From an uncultured Alphaproteobacteria bacterium (GTDB taxonomy: Bacteria; Pseudomonadota; Alphaproteobacteria; MPNO01; DASWLB01), in contig CAVZIN010000007.1 in assembly GCA_963775315.1 (NCBI GenBank), positions 841,193 to 905,192 on the forward strand: a DNA stretch of 64,000 bases, given 5' to 3'. Positions 8,898-17,203 of this stretch are shown here, in pieces; the stretch's first letter is position 1, and the number at the start of each line of letters is the position of its first letter. Under the pieces are notes generated by a model. The model was not told the DNA's origin. It saw only the letters and a list, made by a program, of their open reading frames with translations, and made no database searches. A program made the position numbers and the translations under genes.

Positions 8898-9950
8898 TCA
8901 GGCCGCAGCCGTCGTGTCGCGTTCGTCGGGTGTGCCGGTCGTGCGCGCCTCGCGCTCGCCGTGCGCCGCAAGCAGCTTCATCAGCCGCTTGCGCATTTCG
9001 AGACCGGGCCGGTCGGACCACATGTGCAGCTCCTCGCGGCGGCGCAGATCGAGTGGCACGTCCCAGTCGCACGCCTCCAGGATGGCGCGGTCCTCGTGCG
9101 TCACCTGGCGGTCGAAGGCGATGACACCCTCGGCCGGCGCGTCCGCCTCGGTGTCGTTGCGCACCGCGAACTGGGTCAGGATCGAGCGGCGGTCGTCGAT
9201 CGGCGCGGTCAGGGTGATCAGGATGTGTACGAGCCCGTTCGGGTAGGTGATCTTCATCTTGCGGCTGAACGGCATCCACCACGTCTTTTCGTAGTTGCGG
9301 ACCGTCCGGTCGCCGGATTCGCGCAGGTTTCGCTTCTGGATGTCCGGGTTCTGCACCGGCACGATGGTCCGCATGACGAACCCGTCATCCGTGTCGGTGA
9401 TGCTCATCGGCTGCGGCTCGGGCTCCTCGATGATCCCGAACGACGCGCGGTGAACGAAGGAGAAGTGCGCGTTGTCGAATGAGTTCTCCATGATGCGGAG
9501 GCCTGGCGCATCCCACTCCTCCCAGAACTCGTGAAACTGCCGGAAGCCGGTCATGGCGGCCTCGGGCAGCGCCGGAATGTCGTACAGCGGTTCCTCCAGG
9601 GCGACCCAGACATAGCCGTAGCGCTCGGCGCAGTGGTAAGACTTGACCCGGGCGCCCGAGGGCACCGCGCCGTTCCGCGCCTGGGGCACCTTCACGCACA
9701 GCCCGTCCGGGCGGTAGGTCCAGCCGTGATAGCCGCAGACGATGTTCCCGTCTTCGCACCAGCCGTGGCTCAGCTTGGCGGTGCGGTGGCAGCAGCGGTC
9801 GGCCACGGCGGCGGGCGCGCCGTCCGGCCCATTCCACAGCACGATGTCCTCGCCCAGCAGGCGGAACGGCCGCGGCGCGTCGCCAAGCTCTGACATTGGC
9901 ATCAGCGCGTACCAGAACCGGCGAAAAACGGGCTGCTGCGTCACGAGCAT
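8898..9950 (-). CDS. Alpha-only Rieske non-heme iron oxygenase, paralog 2 (NdmA/NdmB-like)
   Basis: CCHRTAKLSHG...CGYHGWTY and ENSFDNAHFSFVH motifs, AGGAGG RBS before the ATG at 9950, and a sigma-54 promoter about 40 bp upstream. Confidence 0.85.
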   Translation of the reverse strand: MLVTQQPVFRRFWYALMPMSELGDAPRPFRLLGEDIVLWNGPDGAPAAVADRCCHRTAKLSHGWCEDGNIVCGYHGWTYRPDGLCVKVPQARNGAVPSGARVKSYHCAERYGYVWVALEEPLYDIPALPEAAMTGFRQFHEFWEEWDAPGLRIMENSFDNAHFSFVHRASFGIIEEPEPQPMSITDTDDGFVMRTIVPVQNPDIQKRNLRESGDRTVRNYEKTWWMPFSRKMKITYPNGLVHILITLTAPIDDRRSILTQFAVRNDTEADAPAEGVIAFDRQVTHEDRAILEACDWDVPLDLRRREELHMWSDRPGLEMRKRLMKLLAAHGEREARTTGTPDERDTTAAA

Positions 9951-9989
9951 GTGGCGATCCCTCCTGTGGCCGAGGCGTCGCCTCTTGCC

Positions 9990-10006
9990 TTGCAAGTTCC
10001 GTGCCA
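9990..10006 (-). promoter_or_regulatory. Sigma-54 (RpoN) promoter for the Rieske oxygenase operon
   Basis: Minus strand reads TGGCACGGAACTTGCAA, a GG-N10-GC match to TGGCACG-N4-TTGCW, about 40 nt upstream of the start at 9950. Confidence 0.7.
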
Positions 10007-10060
10007 CTCCGAAGCCGCCGTGTTTTCAGGCGTCCCGATCCACGGATCGGAGGCTGTTGC

Positions 10061-10984
10061 CTAGCCCGTGGGCAGCGCTGCCCGAAACGGATGCGTCCGC
10101 ATCCAATGTCGTGCGACGTCGACGCGGCGCGCGATCCATACGTCGCGATGGCCGAGTACGTGATCGAGGAAGCGCTCGACACCGGCGGCGCGCGCGGCAT
10201 GGCCGCTGACCCGGAGGTGGAGCGAGAGGGTCATCGCCCGCGGCCGCCGCGCCGACTCCCGGTACAGGACGTCGAACGCATCGGTCATGTAGGTGACGAA
10301 GTCGCTGGACGTGGCGAACCAGCCGCGGCCGTACTTGTTGTCGTTGTGACTGAAGGTGTGGGGCAGGACCAGGAACGGCTTGCCGCGATCGGTCGTCCAG
10401 AACGGCAGGTCGTCGGCGTAGGAGTTGCAGTCGTAGAGGAAGCCGCCCTCTTCGATCAGCAGCCGTCGGGTGTTGAGCGACGGCCCGTAGCGGCAATACC
10501 AGCCGAGGGGCCGTTCACCCATTGTGCGGGTGAGCGAGGCGACGGCGCCGACGATGTGGTCGCGCTCCGCCGCCTCGTCCATGTTGAACTGCTCGACCCA
10601 GCGCCAGCCGTGGCAGAGCACTTCCCACCCCGCCTCTCGGATCGCCTGGGCAGCGTCGGGATTGCGCTCGAGGGCGAGCGCCGCACCGCTTACCGTCACG
10701 GGCAAGTCGCGCTCACGGAACAGATCGTGCAGCCGCCAGAATCCGACCCGGCTTCCGTATTCGAACAGGGACTCGGCGGCGAGGTCGCGCCCCTTGACGC
10801 CGAGGTCCGGGGCGCCGGCGTCGGTCATCGTGGCCTCCGACCTGCCGTCGCCGTCGGGCACCGAGTACTCCGACCCCTCCTCGTAATTCAGCACCAGGTT
10901 GAACGCCATGCGGGCGCCGTTGGGCCAGCACGGGTCGGGCGGATTGCGCCCGTACCCGACCATGTCGCGCGGATAGTCGGTCAT
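10061..10984 (-). CDS. Divergent PuuE-type allantoinase / polysaccharide deacetylase-family cyclic-ureide hydrolase
   Basis: MTDYPRDMVGYGRNPPDP...NYEEG...FEYGSRVGFWRL resembles PuuE, but the active-site region differs from the canonical copy at 23390. ATGA overlap with the allA stop. Confidence 0.8.
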   Translation of the reverse strand: MTDYPRDMVGYGRNPPDPCWPNGARMAFNLVLNYEEGSEYSVPDGDGRSEATMTDAGAPDLGVKGRDLAAESLFEYGSRVGFWRLHDLFRERDLPVTVSGAALALERNPDAAQAIREAGWEVLCHGWRWVEQFNMDEAAERDHIVGAVASLTRTMGERPLGWYCRYGPSLNTRRLLIEEGGFLYDCNSYADDLPFWTTDRGKPFLVLPHTFSHNDNKYGRGWFATSSDFVTYMTDAFDVLYRESARRPRAMTLSLHLRVSGHAARAAGVERFLDHVLGHRDVWIARRVDVARHWMRTHPFRAALPTG

Positions 10985-11481
10985 GCGGCGATTTCCACGC
11001 GGAGCCCCAGCCGCCCTTTCAGGGCCGCCGACTGGTGGTCGGTCCGGTTGGTGTCGGCGAGCTCGAGATTGAGGAAGTCCATGCAGGGCGCACGGAAATA
11101 AGGGCCCGCATGCCAGGTGCCGCAGTGGAGCTTCACGATGGCGGGTCCGACGATGGTGAAGGCGCGGAGCGTGCCGGGTTCGGGCAGCGCCTGTGGGTCG
11201 TCGAACGCCGCGGGTGGCGCCACCGCGAGGAACCATTCGAGCCCGAGGGCCGATCCCAGGCACTGCGTCACCTTCCGGTGTCGCGCCAGTGCCTCGAAGG
11301 CCAACCCGTGGTCGGGCACGCGCATGATGTAGAGCCGCGGCGTGCCGCCGAATTCCAGCCGCGCGTCCTCCGGACCGAACGGCGTGCCGTAGCCGGAGGG
11401 CGCGATCAGCTCGCCGAATGGCGCAAACGCGGCGGCGGTGATCGGCTCGGGCCGGAGGCGGATCAGGCGAGGTTCGATCAT
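10981..11481 (-). CDS. allA: Ureidoglycolate lyase (AllA family)
   Basis: 166 aa with the AllA-family PFG motif (EPITAAAFAPFGELI), consistent size and ureide-pathway context. Confidence 0.8.
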   Translation of the reverse strand: MIEPRLIRLRPEPITAAAFAPFGELIAPSGYGTPFGPEDARLEFGGTPRLYIMRVPDHGLAFEALARHRKVTQCLGSALGLEWFLAVAPPAAFDDPQALPEPGTLRAFTIVGPAIVKLHCGTWHAGPYFRAPCMDFLNLELADTNRTDHQSAALKGRLGLRVEIAA

Positions 11482-12734
11482 GACACGCGGTCCTTTGCGC
11501 GTGCCATGGCGAGGGGTGTGTCGGTATAGAGGCGGCGCAGCTTCGCCCGGTGGTCAGGCCCGTCCCGTCCGGCCGTCGCGCGCACCGGATCGGCGCCTTG
11601 CAGCAACGGCGCGCTCGCATCCCACGAGAAGCGGCTGACGAAGGCGATACGCTCGGCGCGGGCGGCCTCGAACGCGGCGGTGAAGGCGGGGGCGTCGAAC
11701 CTGTGGGCCGCCGCCTCCGCGAAGGACGTGAGGAGCGCGCACCCGTCCTCGATCGCCTGGGTCGCGCCCTGGCCGAGCGTGGGCGCCATGGCATGGCTGG
11801 CGTCGCCGAGGAACAGCACATGGCCGCTTGTGTCGCGGTAGGCGGCGTCGATTTCCTGCGCGCGCGACCAGTGCAGCGGGCCCTCGCACCGGGCCAGCGC
11901 GTCGATCAGCCACGCGCAGCTCGGATCGGGAGCGCCGGCGTGGGGGCGGTAGGCGGCGCAGAGACGGTTCCGGTCGGCGCAGCCTTCCGGCACCTCGCCA
12001 TTCGCGTCGGTCGGCAGGTTGCCGGACAGGTAGACCACCCCGTCCGCCAGACGGAAGGCGAGCAGGCGGTTCGGCCCGGTGTAGAACTGCTCGAGATCGT
12101 CGATCCCGCTCGCGTCGGCGTCGGGCAGCAGCAGCCGGAAGTTGGCGACGCCGAGGAAGCGGGTCGCCGGAGTGCCGAGAAGCCGCTCGCGGAGGGGCGA
12201 GTAGCGCCCGTCGGCGGCGATCAGCAGGTCGATCCCTTCAATCCGCTTGCGCGCGCCGGTCACGTCGTCGATCAGGGTGAAGGAGATCGCCCCGCGTCGG
12301 CGCCCGGGCGTGATGGCGACGTCCTCGATGCGGGCGCGGAACCGCGCGAGCCGGCGCAGCGGCGCGCGGATGGCACGATAGAGCTCCGACCAGCGGATAC
12401 GGATGCCGTCCGTTTCCGCAACCTCTTCAAGCGGGATGAAATAGAGCAGGCGCCCGCCCGAGAGCGCGGCGCGCCATTGCCGCCATGGCAGGCTCGCCGC
12501 CTGCAGGTCCCGCGCGAGGGCGGGGAGGGTCGCCGCCAGAGCGCCCATCGCATTCGGTCCGACATTCAGCCCGTTGCCGGCATGGTCGTGGTCGTCCGGC
12601 CCGACCTTTTCGACCGCGATCAGCTCGACGTCCGGCCGTCCGGCGAGTCCTGCCGCGACCACGCCGCCGGCGACGCCGAGGCCGATCACGGCGACGCGCA
12701 GCGGCAGGCGCGCATTCACGCTGGCATTCGGCAT
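11478..12734 (-). CDS. FAD-dependent monooxygenase (HpxO/TmuM-like urate-type hydroxylase candidate)
   Basis: N-terminal GxGxxG (RVAVIGLGVAGG), DG and GD(A/S)xH flavin monooxygenase motifs, operon with allA and puuE-like, sigma-54 promoter upstream. Confidence 0.8.
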   Translation of the reverse strand: MPNASVNARLPLRVAVIGLGVAGGVVAAGLAGRPDVELIAVEKVGPDDHDHAGNGLNVGPNAMGALAATLPALARDLQAASLPWRQWRAALSGGRLLYFIPLEEVAETDGIRIRWSELYRAIRAPLRRLARFRARIEDVAITPGRRRGAISFTLIDDVTGARKRIEGIDLLIAADGRYSPLRERLLGTPATRFLGVANFRLLLPDADASGIDDLEQFYTGPNRLLAFRLADGVVYLSGNLPTDANGEVPEGCADRNRLCAAYRPHAGAPDPSCAWLIDALARCEGPLHWSRAQEIDAAYRDTSGHVLFLGDASHAMAPTLGQGATQAIEDGCALLTSFAEAAAHRFDAPAFTAAFEAARAERIAFVSRFSWDASAPLLQGADPVRATAGRDGPDHRAKLRRLYTDTPLAMARAKDRVS

Positions 12735-12768
12735 GCTGGCAAACCCTCGACCATCCCAGCGCGAGGGA

Positions 12769-12784
12769 TGCAAATTCCGTGCCA
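12769..12784 (-). promoter_or_regulatory. Sigma-54 promoter for the FAD monooxygenase-allA-puuE-like operon
   Basis: Minus strand reads TGGCACGGAATTTGCA, about 35 nt upstream of the start at 12734. Confidence 0.7.
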
Positions 12785-12912
12785 CGCGGGTTCGCCCGGA
12801 AACCGGGCGGCCGGCCGGCGCCCTGTGCCCAGTGTTCGGGCAGGCTGCATATTCGCGCGCCATCGCTGGCCGCGCGGAACGGCCTTCGGAACGGATTCCG
12901 CCCTGGAAACGG

Positions 12913-12930
12913 TTGGCACGATTCTTGCGA
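12913..12930 (+). promoter_or_regulatory. Sigma-54 promoter for the isochorismatase-cupin-CocE operon
   Basis: TGGCACGATTCTTGCGA. The 22-mer GGTTGGCACGATTCTTGCGAGG is identical to the promoter at 20156-20177 on the opposite strand. Confidence 0.75.
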
Positions 12931-12940
12931 GGTGTGCCGC

Positions 12941-13720
12941 ATGGATGCTCGCGAAGATACGAAGCGATCGTTGGGCACGGCGCCCGCGAACCGCTGGCGG
13001 GTGGACGCGGCGGAAGTCGATCTCGTCCGGGCCCAGCCGGTGCCTCGCCCGGTGCGGATCGCCGCGACGCCGCAGAACCTGACGCTCGACCTTGCGCGCA
13101 CGGCGATCCTGGTGATCGACATGCAGAACGATTTCTGCCACCCGGACGGGTGGCTTGCCTCGATCGGCGTCGACGTGTCGCCGCTGCGCGCCCCGATCGC
13201 CCCGCTCGCGGGGCTCCTGCCGGCACTGCGCCAGGCCGGGGTGCCGGTGGTGTGGGTCAATTGGGGCAACCGGCCGGACCGGCTCAACCTCAGCCCGTCC
13301 TTGCTGCACGTCTACAAGCCGACCGGCGAGGGCGTCGGGCTCGGCGATACTCTGGTCAGCGGTGCGCACGTTCTTCAGAAGGGAAGCTGGTCGGCCGCCA
13401 TCGTCGACGACCTCGCGCAAGAGCCCGTCGACATCCATGTCGACAAGTACCGGATGAGTGGATTTTGGGACACGCCGCTCGATTCCATCCTACGCAATCT
13501 AGGAGTGGCGACCTTGCTGTTCGCCGGCGTCAATGCCGACCAGTGCGTACTCTGCTCGCTTCAGGACGCGAACTTCCTGGGACACGATTGTGTCCTCCTC
13601 GAAGACTGCACCGGGACGAGCTCGCCGAAGTTCTGCTTGGAGGCGACGCTCTACAATGTGCGCCAGTGCTTCGGCTTCGTCGCGGGGTCCGGGGCCTTGG
13701 TCGCGGCGTTGGCAAGATGA
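12941..13720 (+). CDS. Isochorismatase-family cysteine hydrolase (RutB / N-carbamoylsarcosine amidase / maleamate amidase-like)
   Basis: LVIDMQNDFCHPDGW and a C-terminal block YRMSGFWDTPLDSILRNLGV...GVNADQCVL close to RutB. GAGGTG RBS and a sigma-54 promoter 10-30 bp upstream. Confidence 0.85.
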   Translation: MDAREDTKRSLGTAPANRWRVDAAEVDLVRAQPVPRPVRIAATPQNLTLDLARTAILVIDMQNDFCHPDGWLASIGVDVSPLRAPIAPLAGLLPALRQAGVPVVWVNWGNRPDRLNLSPSLLHVYKPTGEGVGLGDTLVSGAHVLQKGSWSAAIVDDLAQEPVDIHVDKYRMSGFWDTPLDSILRNLGVATLLFAGVNADQCVLCSLQDANFLGHDCVLLEDCTGTSSPKFCLEATLYNVRQCFGFVAGSGALVAALAR

Positions 13721-14160
13721 AGGCGATCCTCAAGCATCCCGGCGAGCTGCGCGCGTTTCGCATCAGCCCGGGCGACACCAACTACCTCGCCTGCGTGTTC
13801 GACCCGGTCGAGCACGGCGAGGTCGGCTTCACCGCGGTGATCGAAATCTTCGAGCAGGGCGGGAAGACGCCGCCCAATACCCACCGCGCGGCGCACGAGA
13901 TGTTCCTGGTGCTGGAGGGCGAGGGGATCGCGACCTGCGACGGCCGCGCCGAGAAGGTACGGACGGGCGATGTGCTGTTGGTCCGGCCCGGCGCCGAACA
14001 CGTGGTCGAGAACACCGGGCCGGGGCGGCTCTACTGCTTCACCGTCATGGTGCCGGACGAGGAATTCGCGGCGCTGATCCGGGGCGGCATCCCGGTCGCG
14101 CTAGACGCCGCCGACCTCGCCGTCATCACCCGCGCACCGGGCTTCGCGCCGCATGGCTGA
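13717..14160 (+). CDS. Cupin-domain protein
   Basis: 147 aa single cupin (G(X)5HxH-like THRAAHEMFLVLEGEG ... PGAEH) with ATGA coupling to the upstream gene. Confidence 0.7.
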   Translation: MKAILKHPGELRAFRISPGDTNYLACVFDPVEHGEVGFTAVIEIFEQGGKTPPNTHRAAHEMFLVLEGEGIATCDGRAEKVRTGDVLLVRPGAEHVVENTGPGRLYCFTVMVPDEEFAALIRGGIPVALDAADLAVITRAPGFAPHG

Positions 14161-15820
14161 CGGGAGTCCGGAAATTGTCTCCATGCGCACCCGCGACGGG
14201 GTGCGGCTTGACGCGGACGTCTATTTCCCGCCGGCGACACTGAAGGGCCCGCACCCGGTATTGATGATGCGCCAGCCCTATGGACGGCGCATTGCCTCGA
14301 CCGTGACCTTTGCCCACCCGTCCTGGTACGCGGCACACGGCTATATCGTGGTGATCCAGGACGTGCGCGGGCGCGGGACGTCGGAGGGCGTGTGGCGGGC
14401 CTTCGAGAACGAGGCGGCGGACGGGGCCGACGCGGTGCGCTGGGCTGCCACGCTGCCGGGGGTGAGCGGGGCCGTCGGCATGTACGGCTTTTCCTACCAG
14501 GGCGCGACGCAGCTCCTTGCTGCGGGCGGGCTCGCCGCGGAGGACGGAACGACCGGCGCGCTCAAGGCCATAGCCCCGGCGATGACCGGGTGGCGCATTC
14601 ACGACGACTGGGCCTATGAGGGTGGAGCGTTCGCGCTGGCCGCCAACGTGTCGTGGGGCCTCCAGACGGCCGCGGAGACCGCGCGGCTCGCCAGGGACGA
14701 GGAAGCGTTCGTGGCACTCGCCCGCGCCGCCGCCGCGCCGCCGCTGCGGGACGCCATTCCGGCGGTCCCGGACATATTGCGGCGCTACGCCAGCTACGCC
14801 CACTACATGGAGTGGGTGGGCAATCCCGGCAACGGCCCCTACTGGGACCGCATCGCGCCGGCCGCGCAGATGGGGCGCGCCGACCTTCCGGCGCTGCACG
14901 TCGGCGGCTGGTACGATTCGTTCCTCGCCGGCACGCTCGCCGCCTATCGCGAGCTCTCGGCGCGGGCTCGAAGCCCGCAGCATCTTGTCGTCGGCCCTTG
15001 GACCCATCTCGACTGGACGGGGCGGCATTCCGCCTACGACGCCGGCCCGGCGGGCGCAAACACGATCGACGCGCTGCAGCTCCGCTGGTTCGACCATTGG
15101 TTGAAGGGCGCGGCGAACTGGGACGCGGTCGAACGGCCGGTGCAGCTTTTCGACATGGGTGCCAACGTGTGGCGCGGGTTCGAGAGGTGGGACGCGGCGC
15201 CGTCGCACGCGCTGCACTTGGCGAGCGATGGGCGAGCGGCGCTGATGCCGTGCGCCGGCCGGCTCACGGACGTGGCGGGACCGCCCGGCGCGAACGTGGT
15301 GGTGCTCGACCCATGGCGACCGCCGCCGAGCCATGGCGGCCATGCGGCCCCGCCGGTCGGGCGGGTCGACCGCGCCGCCATCGACGACCGGCCCGACGTC
15401 TGCGCCTACACGACGGAGCCGCTCTCCGGGCCGCTGCGCCTCGCCGGGGCCGTCGCGGCGGAGCTCTGGGTGCAGGCCGACCAGTCGAGCTTCGATGTCT
15501 CCGCCGTGCTATCGGAGCTCCGCCCCGACGGCAAGGTGGTGAATTTGACCCAGGGCTATCGCCGCGTGGCGCCCGGCGAAGGGGCAGCGCCGCTCCGCGT
15601 CGAGATGCGCGGCACGGCGGCGACGATCCCGGCCGGAACCGCGCTCCGCCTCTCGCTCGCGCCGTCCTGCTTTCCGGCCTTCCCGGTGAACGGGGGCGAC
15701 GGCGCGCCGCCCGCGGTCGCACGGCGAATCGACCAGCGGATCGTGACGCTCACCATTCGCCACGGGTCCGGCACACCGTCGCGCCTGCTGCTCCCGATCG
15801 TCGCTGAGGGGTCCGCGTGA
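14153..15820 (+). CDS. CocE/NonD-family hydrolase (X-Pro dipeptidyl-peptidase S15-like alpha/beta hydrolase)
   Basis: 555 aa with the GxSYxG nucleophile elbow (MYGFSYQG) and a C-terminal beta-sandwich domain. Confidence 0.8.
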   Translation: MADGSPEIVSMRTRDGVRLDADVYFPPATLKGPHPVLMMRQPYGRRIASTVTFAHPSWYAAHGYIVVIQDVRGRGTSEGVWRAFENEAADGADAVRWAATLPGVSGAVGMYGFSYQGATQLLAAGGLAAEDGTTGALKAIAPAMTGWRIHDDWAYEGGAFALAANVSWGLQTAAETARLARDEEAFVALARAAAAPPLRDAIPAVPDILRRYASYAHYMEWVGNPGNGPYWDRIAPAAQMGRADLPALHVGGWYDSFLAGTLAAYRELSARARSPQHLVVGPWTHLDWTGRHSAYDAGPAGANTIDALQLRWFDHWLKGAANWDAVERPVQLFDMGANVWRGFERWDAAPSHALHLASDGRAALMPCAGRLTDVAGPPGANVVVLDPWRPPPSHGGHAAPPVGRVDRAAIDDRPDVCAYTTEPLSGPLRLAGAVAAELWVQADQSSFDVSAVLSELRPDGKVVNLTQGYRRVAPGEGAAPLRVEMRGTAATIPAGTALRLSLAPSCFPAFPVNGGDGAPPAVARRIDQRIVTLTIRHGSGTPSRLLLPIVAEGSA

Positions 15821-15823
15821 ACG

Positions 15824-17203
15824 TTATGCGAGCGGGGCGAAGGTGCGCATCTTGCCGGGGTTGAGAAGCCCGTAGGGGTCTGCGGTCAGCTTGAACCCAT
15901 GCTGGTCGCCGGCGATCTGCTTGTGCCGCGTACCGTCCTCCAGCGTGTAGACGTGCGGGTTGGCGATCATCGCGCCATGGGATTCGTGGTAGGCGATGAT
16001 CTCGTTCAGCCGCTTCTCGGTGGTGAAGCGCACCAGGGGCAGACCGGAGCAGGTGAGCTCGCCGGCATACTTGATGATCTCGAGGTGCATCGGGAGTTCG
16101 TCGCCGAACTTGGCGCGCATGTGCTGCACGGTCTCGAGCGCCCGGCCGGCCGGGTAGAGGATCTGCAAATAGGTCACCGACTTGTCCACCTTGAGCGCGT
16201 GCAGGGTGGTGTGGTTCCAGGTGTATTCGTAGAGCGGCGGGTAGGCGGCGCGGTCCTCGGTCGCGATGGAATCCTCGTCGTAGGTGAGCGTTCCGCGGTG
16301 CTCCTCGATCAGGTCGGCAAGAGCGACCATCGATCCCTCGGCAATCATGCAGATCACAATGTGCTTGCCCTCGGGCAGGATCGTGTTGAGGCGCGGAAAG
16401 TATTTCGGGATCGGCCAGGCGACAGGAGTCACCAGCTTCTTCACGATGCCGTCGGCCGCGCCGAGCGCGAAGGCGAAGAGACCGGCGTCGAGGAAATCGT
16501 CGAACGCCACCACCACGTCTCGCCACGGCCAGAGCGGCGTCAGCGGCATCTCGATCTCGGTGATGATCCCGGTCGTCCCGTACGCGTGGTTGACTACGTT
16601 GGCGGCCTTGCCCTTGAGGTCGAGGACGCGTGGTTCCGCCTCCGCCGTCACGACGCGGGCCCCGATCACGTTGCCCGGCTCGCGCAGCCCGCCGAACGTG
16701 ACCGAGCCGATGCCGCCGGAGCCGCCGGCCACGAACCCGCCGATGGTCGCGGTTCTCTTGGTCGAGGGATACATGCGCTGCTCCCAGCCGAACCGGCGGG
16801 TCTGGTGGTCGAGCTCGAGCATGTACTTGCCCGGACCGACGCGGACGCGGCCCGGTGAAATCTCGCGCACCTCGTTCATCTCGATCATGTCGAGCAGCAC
16901 GCCGCCGGAGAGCGGCACGGCTTGGCCGTAATTCCCGGTGCCGCCACCGCGTGCGGTGACCGGCACGCGGTGGCGCACGGCGGCGCGCATCACCGTCACC
17001 ACGTCAGCTTCCGAGCGGGGCGTGACGACGATCTCCGCGAGGCGGGTTTCGAGCTGAGGCTTCAGGATCGGACTGTACCAGAAGAAGTCGTGCGACTTCT
17101 TGCGGATATGGCGGGCGTCGCGCGTGTGCGGCACCGACCCGAGATCATCGAGGAAGGCGTCGAGGGCCCGCGAGGGCGGCGCGGCGGCGGCGAGGCGGCT
17201 CAT
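15824..17203 (-). CDS. FAD-linked oxidase (PCMH-type FAD-binding oxidoreductase)
   Basis: 459 aa, FAD-binding_4 motifs (ARGGGTGNYG...), and last gene of the creatininase operon. Confidence 0.85.
   Translation of the reverse strand: MSRLAAAAPPSRALDAFLDDLGSVPHTRDARHIRKKSHDFFWYSPILKPQLETRLAEIVVTPRSEADVVTVMRAAVRHRVPVTARGGGTGNYGQAVPLSGGVLLDMIEMNEVREISPGRVRVGPGKYMLELDHQTRRFGWEQRMYPSTKRTATIGGFVAGGSGGIGSVTFGGLREPGNVIGARVVTAEAEPRVLDLKGKAANVVNHAYGTTGIITEIEMPLTPLWPWRDVVVAFDDFLDAGLFAFALGAADGIVKKLVTPVAWPIPKYFPRLNTILPEGKHIVICMIAEGSMVALADLIEEHRGTLTYDEDSIATEDRAAYPPLYEYTWNHTTLHALKVDKSVTYLQILYPAGRALETVQHMRAKFGDELPMHLEIIKYAGELTCSGLPLVRFTTEKRLNEIIAYHESHGAMIANPHVYTLEDGTRHKQIAGDQHGFKLTADPYGLLNPGKMRTFAPLA

Noticed and set aside
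10985-11821. N-terminal 279 codons of the 586-aa ORF 10061-11821
   Set aside because: The true PuuE-like start is the ATG at 10984 (MTDYPRD). The extension overlaps allA and the monooxygenase in another frame and translates to low-complexity sequence.
12574-14160. 528-aa ORF apparently fusing the isochorismatase region and the cupin
   Set aside because: Only the last 147 codons, from MKAILKHPG at 13717, are the cupin. The rest is an alternate frame across the isochorismatase-family gene.
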